IMG/VR virus record: IMGVR_UViG_3300031965_000089
Location: 1 to 37,009 of that record
From: a virus
Taxonomy: Duplodnaviria; Caudoviricetes
Length of the DNA: 37,009 nucleotides
Strand: one strand, 5' to 3'
How positions within the stretch are numbered: the first letter of the stretch is position 1; every line of letters starts with the position of its first letter. The position numbers and the translations under genes were made by a program. Positions 15,969 through 24,075 of this stretch are shown here, piece by piece. The notes under the pieces were generated by a model. The model was not told where the DNA came from, ran no database searches, and saw only the letters and a list, made by a program, of their open reading frames with translations.

Positions 15969-16645
15969 GGCGCCGGCGTCTCCGGCGGCGCGCCCTCGCC
16001 GCGCCAGCCGCCATCCCAGGCCTCGCGCCGCGCATCGCCCCACAGGAATGGATTGTCGATGATCGAGCGGTTCTCGGTGAAGGCCTCACGGCCCAGCCGC
16101 TCGGCGCCCTTGACGTCGACGTCCGGCAGAACAGCCTTCGCCTGGGCGCTCGCCTTGCCGCGCCCGCGTTCCGCCGTCACGACCGGCGCCGGGCGCGCAG
16201 TCGGGGTCGTGACATCGTCGGCCCGCACTTCGCCGGTCGCATCGCGCCAGAGCCGGACCGGCACCGGGCCGATCGTGACGGTGATCTCGCCGTTGCGCGG
16301 CACGAATTGCTTCAGCGCCTCGATCACCTGCTCGCGCGCCGCCAGGTCGACGGCCATCAGTCCGACCGCCCGGAACAACGGGGTGTCGGTCGCCATGCCG
16401 AGCGCGTGCAGATACATGTCGAGCTGCTGCTCGGCCTCCTGCAGATCGTGCGGCTTGGCCCGGGCGAAGATCGCCGAGCGGTGCTCGCCCAGCGTCTTGC
16501 GCTCGCCGTCGACCCGCTCGATCTCGTCGATGAACCCCTGCAGCTCGCGGCCGGCGGCGGTGTTGCGGCCGACGACCAAGAGCGGCGCGCCGACATCCCC
16601 GCTCTTCTGCGGCTTGGTCTTCCTCGGTCTGCGATCTTTTGCCAT
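15965..16645 (-). CDS. GapR/DUF2312-like DNA-binding protein with a C-terminal RMF-like motif
   Basis: ELQGFIDEIERVDGERK...LDMYLHALGM; C-terminal GREAF...DNPF...AWDGGW. Confidence 0.7.
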   Translation of the reverse strand: MAKDRRPRKTKPQKSGDVGAPLLVVGRNTAAGRELQGFIDEIERVDGERKTLGEHRSAIFARAKPHDLQEAEQQLDMYLHALGMATDTPLFRAVGLMAVDLAAREQVIEALKQFVPRNGEITVTIGPVPVRLWRDATGEVRADDVTTPTARPAPVVTAERGRGKASAQAKAVLPDVDVKGAERLGREAFTENRSIIDNPFLWGDARREAWDGGWRGEGAPPETPAP

Positions 16646-17454
16646 CAGCTCCCTCCCTTGATGATCTGGAACAGCCTGAGCCGCAGTTGCTCGCGCGGCC
16701 CCGCCCGCTCGATCGGCGGCGCGTTCAGATAGACGGAGAGGTCCTGCAAGAGCGCCCAATATTCGGCCGGATGCGCGCGGCTCCAAGTCCAGAAGCGCTC
16801 GCGATCCTCGAGCTGGAAAACCGAGACCATGGCGGCGAGCGTCGCCTCGAGCTCGCCGTCGGCCCGTGCGCGCCAGGTCTGGTATCTTTGTTCGGCCTCG
16901 AGCCCGGCCGGCTCGGCTGATGTCCCTGATCCGGGTACATCAGGCCGACGCCACAACTGCCGAGCCTCTTTTAGGTTATAGTTCTGGTCTAGTTTATGTA
17001 CCCGTTTCGGGTACATCAGAGCCTCGTTTTCGGGTACATCAGGATTTCCTGATGTCTCCGTTTCGGGTACATCAGCCGCCGCAAACAGGACGCGATAAAG
17101 GCAGCCGCGCTGGCCGCGGGTGACGGTGACGAGGCCGGCCGCCGCCAGCTCCTTAAGCGCCTCGTTGACGTGCACGCGCGTCGTCCGCAGCCGCCGCGCC
17201 AAGGTCGCTTGTCCCGGCCAGCAGAAGCCGGCGGGGTCGGCATAGAGGCCGAGCAGCATGAGCACGCGGAGCGCGCGGCAGGAGAGGTCGAGCTCGGCGG
17301 CGCGCGCCGGCACCCGGGCGAAGGATGCCGGCGCCGCGCCTGCCGGGGCGCGCCCTCCGGGGGAAGGGCGCGGGGGCGCGCCGCGATGGCCCGCCGACGC
17401 GGGCATTTCAAGCCTGAACCGTGGCGCAGGCCGGGCAGAAGTCGCGATAGACAC
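16645..17454 (-). CDS. Winged-HTH replication initiator-like protein
   Basis: ALRVLMLLGLYADPAGFCWPGQATLARRL...ALKELAAAGLV; the gene contains internal iteron-like repeats. Confidence 0.8.
   Translation of the reverse strand: MSIATSARPAPRFRLEMPASAGHRGAPPRPSPGGRAPAGAAPASFARVPARAAELDLSCRALRVLMLLGLYADPAGFCWPGQATLARRLRTTRVHVNEALKELAAAGLVTVTRGQRGCLYRVLFAAADVPETETSGNPDVPENEALMYPKRVHKLDQNYNLKEARQLWRRPDVPGSGTSAEPAGLEAEQRYQTWRARADGELEATLAAMVSVFQLEDRERFWTWSRAHPAEYWALLQDLSVYLNAPPIERAGPREQLRLRLFQIIKGGS
16932..17075. repeat. Iteron cluster / probable replication origin
   Basis: CGGGTACATCAG at 16932, 17008, 17031 and 17064; inverted ATGTACCCG at 16996; AT-rich tract at about 16966-16998. Confidence 0.75.
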
Positions 17455-17620
17455 CGACCCGCCAGCCCGCCGCCTGCGCCTGCCGATAGCCGCTCTCGCC
17501 CGGCTCGATGATCAGCTCGAAGGCCGGCTGCTCGGCGCCCTGGTGGCGGCCATCGCAGATCAGGCGATAGCGCATGCGCTGCGGCCGCGGCCCCTCGAGA
17601 ATTTGGATGTCGATGGTCAT
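17408..17620 (-). CDS. Small hypothetical protein with Cys motifs
   Basis: LICDG...AQAAGW...DFCPAC; ATGA overlap with the upstream gene. Confidence 0.7.
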   Translation of the reverse strand: MTIDIQILEGPRPQRMRYRLICDGRHQGAEQPAFELIIEPGESGYRQAQAAGWRVGVYRDFCPACATVQA

Positions 17621-17880
17621 GGCCCGCCATCGCCCAGCAGGCCCTCTAGCGGAAGCTCCGGCTCCTCGGCCGGTCGCGAGGCGACCTCGCCGGCACAGAA
17701 TTCGTGGAAGCGGCCGGCGAGCGCCACCGGATCGCCCGGCAGCGCGCGCACGATGTGCGCCGACAGCGCCTTGATCGCGAGATCGAGACAGGCAAAACGC
17801 AATCCGGCCGGCTGGCCGCGCGCCCCCGCCCCCAGGCCTATGACGTAGGCCCGCTCCTCATTGTCCCACTCTCCCAGCAT
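17617..17880 (-). CDS. Hypothetical protein
   Basis: GGGGAA upstream; MLGEWDNEERAY; translationally coupled to the next gene. Confidence 0.55.
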   Translation of the reverse strand: MLGEWDNEERAYVIGLGAGARGQPAGLRFACLDLAIKALSAHIVRALPGDPVALAGRFHEFCAGEVASRPAEEPELPLEGLLGDGGP

Positions 17881-18120
17881 CGAATTCCCCCGGAGTCGAA
17901 GTGATGCGGGAGAGGCCCGCCGCTTGGGAGCGACTGCCCCTCCCGCCCTTCCGGCAGTCCCCTGGCCGTTCCGCCGGAAGTCTTTCCCGGCGCTCGCATG
18001 CGGCCGCTCCACCAATCCCACATGCTCACGCCGATGAATTGGAGCGGGGGCGCGAACTTGCATCGCGCGAGACCGGCGTGGTCCGCCGACCTTCCGCTTG
18101 GCCCCGCAAGAGGTGGCGCA

Positions 18121-18354
18121 TCAGAACGGCCGCCGGCGGCGCGGCGGCGCGTCTGGCGCCGGCGTCAGACAGACGAGAAGAAGGCTGGCGATCACGCCAT
18201 GCATGATCATGCCGCCGCGCGCGAAGGGATCGCCGGTAACGAGACAGGTGACGCCATTCAAAATGAAGACAGCGGCGTTGATCCCGAAGGCGAACGAGCA
18301 CCAGAACGCCAGCCAGCCCCCCAGCTCTTGTGTCCGCATCCCGGCTCCCATCAC
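18121..18354 (-). CDS. Small membrane protein
   Basis: Two hydrophobic segments; lies downstream of the cro-like gene. Confidence 0.5.
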   Translation of the reverse strand: MMGAGMRTQELGGWLAFWCSFAFGINAAVFILNGVTCLVTGDPFARGGMIMHGVIASLLLVCLTPAPDAPPRRRRPF

Positions 18355-18388
18355 AATTCCGTGAGCGGTAGCCCCACCGCATCACCCA

Positions 18389-18706
18389 CTAGATGTTGTG
18401 GCCGGCCTTGCCTGCCGGTTTTTCCTGCATGGACCGCCGCCGCCCCGACCGCTTGACTGGCCTGCCCGCGGCGATATCGCCGCCGGGTGGGGAGACGCCG
18501 TGCCCATTCAGCGCCGCCGGGCAATGCTCCCGGAACCAGGCGAGAAAGCGCTCGTAGGTGCGGGTCGTGAAGCCGCCGCCGGCGCGCACGCGGACGAAGA
18601 ACTTGCCGTCGTTGACGACCAGGCTGGCCAGCCGCGCCTCGCTGATCCTGAGCTCGGCGCAGGCCCGGGCACTGGCCGCCAGCAGCCCCTCGGACAACGA
18701 CTCCAT
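18389..18706 (-). CDS. Cro-like regulator
   Basis: MESLSEGLLAAS...ISEARLASLVVNDGKFFVRVRAGGGFTTRTYERFLAWF; divergent from the repressor gene. Confidence 0.8.
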   Translation of the reverse strand: MESLSEGLLAASARACAELRISEARLASLVVNDGKFFVRVRAGGGFTTRTYERFLAWFREHCPAALNGHGVSPPGGDIAAGRPVKRSGRRRSMQEKPAGKAGHNI

Positions 18707-18712
18707 GAGGGG

Positions 18713-18741
18713 ACCATACGGGAAATTTCCCGCAATTGCAA
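18713..18741 (-). promoter_or_regulatory. Lytic (cro) promoter with overlapping operator
   Basis: TTGCAA N17 TATGGT on the minus strand; operator CGGGAAATTTCCCG at 18719-18732; ATG only 6 nt after the -10. Confidence 0.8.
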
Positions 18742-18790
18742 TCGCCCTTCCACGCGCGACGCGCGGCCGGCGGGCGGGCAGGCTCCCGCC

Positions 18791-19573
18791 ATGCGCGACC
18801 TCGCCGGCCGCATCGAGGAGGAGCGCCTGAAGCGCGGGCTGTCCGCCCGCGCCCTGGCCGACGCCGCCGGCCTGGGCGAAGGCGCGGTGCTCGACATCGT
18901 CAACCGGCGCTCGAAGGCCCCGCGCGTCGACACCGTATGGAAGATCGCCGACGCGCTCGGCGTCAGCATCGGCTTTCTCCTCGACGAGCCGGCCGCGCCG
19001 GCCGCGCAGGGCGACATCATCGAGGTGGTCGGCGCCATCGCCCTCGACGAATGGCAGGAGGACGCCGTTTGGCCGCCCGGCCGGCGCTACCACGTCGCGG
19101 CCACGCGCTCGCCCGCCCATCCCAAGGCCCGGCGCTTCGGCCTCATCGTCGGCGACGGACATTGCGACCTCTACTATCGCCCGGGATCGATCCTCCTTTG
19201 CCTGCCGCTCAAAGACGCCGGCCAATCGCTCAAGGAAGGCGACCGGGTCATCGTCCGCTTGCGCAAGAGCGGTCTGGTCATGTCGCTGTGCATGACCGCG
19301 GCGCCGACCGCGACCGGCGGCGTCGCGCTGCGGACGGCGGCGACCAACCCACGCCGGCGCTTCATGGCGGAGATCGAACGAAGCGGCCGCAATGCCCATC
19401 CGCGCGCGGGCGGGACGCCCGCTCTTGTCTCGGACAGAGTCGGCGGCGGCGCCGCCGTGGCCGGCCGCACCGGCTACCAGCTGGTCGGCGAGGGGCCGCG
19501 CCCGATCGCCTATCAGCCGCAGCCCGCCGACCAGGTGACGATCGACGCGCTGGTGGTCGGCCATGTCGAATAA
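18791..19573 (+). CDS. CI-like XRE-family HTH repressor
   Basis: RIEEERLKRGLSARALADAAGL...PRVDTVWKIADALGVS; C-terminal region loosely similar to S24 domains; divergent from cro. Confidence 0.88.
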   Translation: MRDLAGRIEEERLKRGLSARALADAAGLGEGAVLDIVNRRSKAPRVDTVWKIADALGVSIGFLLDEPAAPAAQGDIIEVVGAIALDEWQEDAVWPPGRRYHVAATRSPAHPKARRFGLIVGDGHCDLYYRPGSILLCLPLKDAGQSLKEGDRVIVRLRKSGLVMSLCMTAAPTATGGVALRTAATNPRRRFMAEIERSGRNAHPRAGGTPALVSDRVGGGAAVAGRTGYQLVGEGPRPIAYQPQPADQVTIDALVVGHVE

Positions 19574-19574
19574 A

Positions 19575-19624
19575 CGGGAAAATTCCCGCGATCCGCTTGA
19601 CGCGGGAAATTTCCCGTCTAGACT
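19575..19624 (+). promoter_or_regulatory. Promoter for the xis/int operon with two operators
   Basis: CGGGAAAATTCCCG (19575) and CGGGAAATTTCCCG (19603); TTGACG (19597) N16 TAGACT (19619). Confidence 0.78.
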
Positions 19625-19631
19625 CGCCGGC

Positions 19632-19723
19632 TATCGTGATCCGGGCGCGCGCCGCCAGCCGCCACTCCAACCCTGGCGGTGCGCGCCGCGAGCGGATCGG
19701 GTTGGCGGGCGGCGATCGGCGAG
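19632..19723 (+). ncRNA. Putative structured leader RNA / small RNA
   Basis: 15-bp stem (19644-58 with 19673-87) with loop CCGCCACTCCAACC; outer GATCCG/CGGATC helix; downstream GGGTTGGCGGGCGG is partly complementary to the loop. Confidence 0.5.
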
Positions 19724-19738
19724 CGGCGGGAAAACATC

Positions 19739-20005
19739 ATGCGATCACGCGACGCCGCACGCGGCATGTTCCCGCCCAGGCTGTCGGCCGAGCGGGCGCG
19801 GCGACTGCGCCCCATGCTCGGGCGCGGCTGGCGCTTCACGGTCGCGGTCTCGGCCCAGGGTTACGGCCTCGCGCTGGCGGCGCTCGACGGCTCCGTGGTC
19901 ACGCTCCTGCCCCACTCCTGGTATCGCGGCGAGAGGCTCGGCGAGGCCCTGGCCGAGGCCCAGCGCCTCAACCGCCCCCCGATCAAGCTGTTCGACGAGG
20001 CTTAG
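19739..20005 (+). CDS. Hypothetical protein
   Basis: ORF whose stop abuts the start of the xis-like gene. Confidence 0.6.
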   Translation: MRSRDAARGMFPPRLSAERARRLRPMLGRGWRFTVAVSAQGYGLALAALDGSVVTLLPHSWYRGERLGEALAEAQRLNRPPIKLFDEA

Positions 20006-20287
20006 ATGCGGCAGGCCGCCGTGCCGCACACCTTGCGTCAGGCGCTGGATTCCGGCGCGCGCGGCGTCACGCTGGCCATCGTCTGCGAGCTGCTCGGCGT
20101 CAGCGACGAGAAATGGCGCCAGCTCAAGCCGCGGCTCGAGGCCGCCGGCTTTCCCGGCCGTGATCCGATTACCGGCCTGTACGATCTCAAGGCGGTGCAG
20201 GGCTGGATGGACCGGCGCCACGATCAGGCCGAGGCGCAGCAGGGCGGCGAGCAATGGCTCGCCCGGCTCAAGGAGCGCGCCGCGTGA
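20006..20287 (+). CDS. Excisionase/AlpA-like winged-helix protein
   Basis: VCELLGVS...LEAAGFP...GLYDLKAVQGWMD; directly upstream of the integrase. Confidence 0.7.
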   Translation: MRQAAVPHTLRQALDSGARGVTLAIVCELLGVSDEKWRQLKPRLEAAGFPGRDPITGLYDLKAVQGWMDRRHDQAEAQQGGEQWLARLKERAA

Positions 20288-21531
20288 TGTTCATTTTCTC
20301 GCCCTCATTGGAGGCGGAGAAAAGTAACGTGGCGCGCGTCGACCTGCCTTTCGTCTTCGCCATTCGCCGGCAGGGCGGCCGCAAGGGCGACCGCTCTCTC
20401 TGGTACTTCCGCCGCGCCGGTTACATCGATGCGGTCAGCCAGGCGCGCATCACGCGGCTGCCCGGGCGACCGGGCGAGGTGCGCTTCGACGCCGCCTACC
20501 GCCGCTGTGTCGACGAAAGCGAGCGCCAGCGCCGGGCGATGCCAGCGCCTCCCGGCGAAGGCAGCTTCGCGCGCCTGGTCGTGAGCTTCCGCGGCGACGC
20601 CCTGCGCAGCCTGCCGCCCTCGCCCGCCTGGACCAAGTTGAGTCCGCGCACGCGCCAGGATTATGGCCGCATCCTCGACCGTCTCGCCGAGCGCTTCGGC
20701 GATCTCAAGGTCGCCGATCTCGACCAGCCGCGCGAGCGTGGAGCCTGGCTCGGCCGGCAGTTCGTCAAGCGGCTGCAGGCGGACTATGCCGATCGGCCGC
20801 GCGAGGCCGATCATTTCGTGACGACGCTGCGGCGATTGTTCAATTTCGCCATCGACCTCGGGCTGCTCGCCGCCAATCCCGCCGCCCGGCCGGGCCGTCT
20901 CTACAGCGCCCGCCGCCGGCAATTGTGGAGCTGGGCAGAGGAGGAGGCGTTCCTCGCCGGCATCGACGCGGCGCTGCCGGCGGCCGGCCGCGCCACCCTC
21001 AGGCTGTTCTACTTGCTGCTGGCCTACACCGGCCAGCGGCCGGGCGACGTGCTGGCCATGCGCTGGGACCAGCTCGCCGAGCGCGAGCTCGAGCTCGACG
21101 GCAGGCGCACACTCTTGTGGTGCCTCGAGGTCCGCCAGCAGAAGACGGCCGCCTTTCTCTGGGTCCCGGTGCATGAACGGCTGTTGCCCGAGCTGCTGGC
21201 GGCCCGCGCCGCCGAGCGCGCTCCCGGCCGCACCATCATCGCGACGCGGCGCGGCGCCCCCTGGTCGCTCTCGGGCATCGCCAAGCCCTGGGCGCAGGTC
21301 CTGCAGGTCAGTGGCGTTGCCGGCCTGCAGCGGCGCGACCTGCGCCGCACCGCGGTCGTGCGCCTGGCCGAGGCCGGCTGCACCGTGCCGCAGATCGCCG
21401 CGATCAGCGGCCACTCGATCGAGCGCACGACGCAGATCGTCGAGACCTACCTGCCGCGCTCGGCGGCGATGGCCGCCGCCGGCATCGTGCGGCTGGAGCG
21501 CCACATGCGGAAGCGGGAGGAGACCTCATGA
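20287..21531 (+). CDS. int: Tyrosine recombinase / phage integrase
   Basis: YTGQRPGDVL (R), QQKT (K), RDLRR, ISGHS and ETYL (Y). The start could instead be GTG at 20329. Confidence 0.93.
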   Translation: MFIFSPSLEAEKSNVARVDLPFVFAIRRQGGRKGDRSLWYFRRAGYIDAVSQARITRLPGRPGEVRFDAAYRRCVDESERQRRAMPAPPGEGSFARLVVSFRGDALRSLPPSPAWTKLSPRTRQDYGRILDRLAERFGDLKVADLDQPRERGAWLGRQFVKRLQADYADRPREADHFVTTLRRLFNFAIDLGLLAANPAARPGRLYSARRRQLWSWAEEEAFLAGIDAALPAAGRATLRLFYLLLAYTGQRPGDVLAMRWDQLAERELELDGRRTLLWCLEVRQQKTAAFLWVPVHERLLPELLAARAAERAPGRTIIATRRGAPWSLSGIAKPWAQVLQVSGVAGLQRRDLRRTAVVRLAEAGCTVPQIAAISGHSIERTTQIVETYLPRSAAMAAAGIVRLERHMRKREETS

Positions 21532-21782
21532 GTCCGGACAATCCCAAGCGCCTCGACCGGGCCTGGCGCAGCTTCTCCGAGCGCGTGATTCCGGCGGGCG
21601 CGCCCACAGTCCAGCGCATGGAGATGCGGCGCGCCTTCTATGCCGGGGCACAGGCCTGGTTCGGTATTATTTTCTGCCTTGATCCGGGCGAGGAGGCGAC
21701 CGATCGCGACATGGCGAAGATCGGATATATCGAAGAGGAGCTCGCAGCCTTCTGCGCCGACGTCCTGGCCGGCCGCGCCTGA
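21528..21782 (+). CDS. Hypothetical protein, RRAFYAGA paralog 1
   Basis: GGAGGAG RBS; ATGA overlap with int. Confidence 0.8.
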   Translation: MSPDNPKRLDRAWRSFSERVIPAGAPTVQRMEMRRAFYAGAQAWFGIIFCLDPGEEATDRDMAKIGYIEEELAAFCADVLAGRA

Positions 21783-21783
21783 G

Positions 21784-21993
21784 TGCAAACGATTGCCCGG
21801 ACGTTCGCCCCGGCGGCTGCAAACGATTGGGCCAAGTCCTGGCTGGGGCGGCAGGATTCGAACCTGCGATCGCGGATCCAAAGTCCGGCGCCCATCGCCC
21901 GCAAGACCGCGCATTGGGCCGAATCGTTTGCAGCCCGTCAACCGGACAGAGGCGGAACGGGCCAGGACCGAACCGCGCCCAGTGCAAACGATT
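21784..21993. mobile_element. attP site: tRNA-Gln 3'-half core flanked by integrase arm-type repeats
   Basis: TGCAAACGATT at 21784, 21818 and 21983, and inverted at 21922, surrounding a tRNA fragment. Confidence 0.85.
21840..21892 (-). pseudogene. 3' portion of tRNA-Gln(TTG) (att core; not a complete tRNA)
   Basis: Minus strand reads CGGA cTTTGGa TCCG ... GCAGG TTCGAAT CCTGC CGCCCCAG CCA. No matching 5' acceptor strand or D-arm upstream. Confidence 0.8.
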
Positions 21994-22012
21994 CAACCCA
22001 TGGAGGAACCCG

Positions 22013-22276
22013 ATGACCACCGATCCTGAACTGGCCGGGCATCCGATCGAGGCCGCCTGGCGCGGATACCAGGAGATCGAGCTGCGCGGCGCCACCACGC
22101 TCCAGACGGTGCAGCAGCGGCGCGCCTTCTATGCGGGGGCCACCCTACTCCATCAATTGATCTGCACCGTGCAGCCGGGGCCGGTGACGCCGGACGAGAT
22201 CAAGCTCTTGCACGGCATCCAGAGCGACCTGGCGCTGTTCCGGCGCGAGCAGGAGCTGATCGAGCGGATGAGATGA
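22013..22276 (+). CDS. Hypothetical protein, RRAFYAGA paralog 2
   Basis: GGAGGA RBS; AAW...QRRAFYAGA. Confidence 0.8.
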   Translation: MTTDPELAGHPIEAAWRGYQEIELRGATTLQTVQQRRAFYAGATLLHQLICTVQPGPVTPDEIKLLHGIQSDLALFRREQELIERMR

Positions 22277-22289
22277 CCGCTGAACGGTT

Positions 22290-22595
22290 TCAGCCCTTGG
22301 GCTGAAACTCGACGTGGAAGTGGTCGTGCTCGACCACGATGTCGAAATCTGGCCCGAGCGCGCTCCGCAGCTCGACGGCCACGTCATCGACCTGGTCGCC
22401 GGTCATGCCGCTCGAGCGGAAATCGAAGGCCGCTCCCGCATCATGCAGCGAGGTCTTGGAGTGCCGGCCCTCCGTCACCGACGTGATGACGAAGGCTAGC
22501 CCGCGCGCCTCGACCGCGGCCTCCGCCGCCCGCACCGCTAGCAGGAACTCGGGCCGGACGGCCATCACGCGCACGCCCGGCTTCAGACGGATCAT
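22290..22595 (-). CDS. Endolysin, peptidase M15 (hedgehog/DD-peptidase fold)
   Basis: ITS...SLHDAGAAFDFR...DHFHVE Zn-ligand pattern. Confidence 0.85.
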   Translation of the reverse strand: MIRLKPGVRVMAVRPEFLLAVRAAEAAVEARGLAFVITSVTEGRHSKTSLHDAGAAFDFRSSGMTGDQVDDVAVELRSALGPDFDIVVEHDHFHVEFQPKG

Positions 22596-22903
22596 CGGTG
22601 CCAAGGCCGGCCCGGCCGGTCCTCGAGCGCATGGCGCCACTCATGCCGGTGAATCTCGACGTTGAAGGGAGGCACCTCGAGCAGCGGCGGCAGGAACAGG
22701 ATCGGGTGGCCGCCCACCCACACAGTCAGCCCGAGCTTGCCCGGCCCCTTCCCCATCTCGCGCGCCAGCCGCTCGATGAACTCCGGCGAGCGGATGCAGA
22801 CCAGCGCATCGCGCGAACCATCCTCCGGAAAGGGCGGCATCACCCAGCCGATCGTATTGGCCGGGAGGATGCTTCCCTTGCCGATCTCCGACAGCTTGGC
22901 CAT
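22592..22903 (-). CDS. Hypothetical protein
   Basis: Start and stop overlap the neighbours on both sides. Confidence 0.7.
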   Translation of the reverse strand: MAKLSEIGKGSILPANTIGWVMPPFPEDGSRDALVCIRSPEFIERLAREMGKGPGKLGLTVWVGGHPILFLPPLLEVPPFNVEIHRHEWRHALEDRPGRPWHR

Positions 22904-23193
22904 CAGCGCGCAGGCTCCGCCGGCGCCTGTCCATCCGGCACGCCCTCGGCCTGCCAGTACTTCCGGCAGGCGACGACGTACGCATCCCAGTCGCGCGCCG
23001 TCTGTCCGAAACGGTCCATCGCCGCCCCGATGAAGATGCCGCGGCAGCGGAGGTATTCGAAATTCTCCAGGTTGGTTGCGACCTCGTCCCTCGCCAGCGC
23101 CTTGGCGCCCTCGACATACGCCTTCACCGTCGGCGTCGAGCAGCCGCCGAGCAAGAGCGCCAAAACCGCCGGCAACAAACCAGTCATGCGCAT
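22903..23193 (-). CDS. Lipoprotein (possible spanin component)
   Basis: Signal peptide and lipobox LLLGGC; located in the lysis module. Confidence 0.7.
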   Translation of the reverse strand: MRMTGLLPAVLALLLGGCSTPTVKAYVEGAKALARDEVATNLENFEYLRCRGIFIGAAMDRFGQTARDWDAYVVACRKYWQAEGVPDGQAPAEPAR

Positions 23194-23462
23194 CAGCCGA
23201 CCCTCAAGCGAACCGGGCGCGAGCCCGGCGGATCGGGCGGGCCCGGCGGCAGCGGTCGCGGTGCGCGCCGGTTCCTCTTATCCCACAATGACCAGAGCAG
23301 CGCCGCGATGAAGAAGCCGCCGCCTAGGATTTGAATGGTGGCGTCGGTCAGCCCGGCCAGCTCCTCCTCGCTCAGCCATCCGATGGCGACGAGGAAGGTC
23401 CCGGCGCCGCCCAGCACATGGCGCAAAAAGCCGGTGATCGCGGGATGCAGAAGAGCTCTCAC
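23193..23462 (-). CDS. Putative holin
   Basis: GFLRHVLGGAGTFLVAIGW, two TM segments and a basic C-terminus; GAGGAG RBS. Confidence 0.7.
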   Translation of the reverse strand: MRALLHPAITGFLRHVLGGAGTFLVAIGWLSEEELAGLTDATIQILGGGFFIAALLWSLWDKRNRRAPRPLPPGPPDPPGSRPVRLRVG

Positions 23463-23749
23463 GGCGTCTCCTCATTTGCTGGAAGGCGCGGCCGCGGCGC
23501 GCTGGCCGCATCGACACGCGCCTCGATGCGCCGCACCTGAACCGAAAGGCTCTGCACCGCACTCGTCACGCTGGCGAGCTGCCAGGAGACGAAGAAGGCG
23601 CCCCCCACCGCCATCGGCAGAAAGATCACGACGATGGTGCCGATGAGCTTGAGCATGGTGGCGACGCTGCGCACATCGCGCTGCAGGAGATGCACGCCGA
23701 GCTGCGGATCGATCGCCCCCGGATCATCGGGTTGGCCCGTCCAGGTCAT
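23459..23749 (-). CDS. Membrane protein with coiled coil
   Basis: One TM segment followed by a heptad region; GAGGGA RBS. Confidence 0.7.
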   Translation of the reverse strand: MTWTGQPDDPGAIDPQLGVHLLQRDVRSVATMLKLIGTIVVIFLPMAVGGAFFVSWQLASVTSAVQSLSVQVRRIEARVDAASAPRPRLPANEETP

Positions 23750-24075
23750 CGCGCTGTCCCCTCGCGCGGAGTCCCTTCGACGATCGGCCAGGCTTCGTCG
23801 AGCACCACATAATCCATGCCGGCGCGCGTGTCGATGATGCAGCCGCGGCGGCCGTCGCGCAGCGCCAGGCTCCACGACTTCGTCACGCGATTGACCGCCA
23901 GCAGGAAGAGCTGGGGCCCACTCGCCCCCGCCCAGGCGAGCCGCTGCCCATGCGTCGCCTGCGCCGCCTCAAGCCAGGCCTCGGCCGATAGGCAGGATTG
24001 CGCCTGCGCCGCCGCGTCGCCGGCGAGCTGAACCAGCAGCAGGAAGAGGATGGCCCTCACCACTTGACCATCCAC
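23746..24075 (-). CDS. Secreted hypothetical protein
   Basis: Signal peptide and two Cys. The true start is probably GTG near 24060. Confidence 0.65.
   Translation of the reverse strand: MDGQVVRAILFLLLVQLAGDAAAQAQSCLSAEAWLEAAQATHGQRLAWAGASGPQLFLLAVNRVTKSWSLALRDGRRGCIIDTRAGMDYVVLDEAWPIVEGTPREGTAR

Noticed and set aside
21340-21352. Integrase inactivated because HxxR reads RDLR
   Set aside because: The first His is variable in tyrosine recombinases. The other catalytic residues are present and attP is intact.
21840-21915. Complete phage-encoded tRNA gene
   Set aside because: The 5' acceptor strand and D-arm are missing; arm repeats and the adjacent integrase indicate an att core.
22287-22308. 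Hairpin GTTTCAGCCC/GGGCTGAAAC as a terminator between convergent genes
   Set aside because: The position is plausible, but there is no U-tract on either strand and it overlaps the endolysin stop codon; support is too weak.
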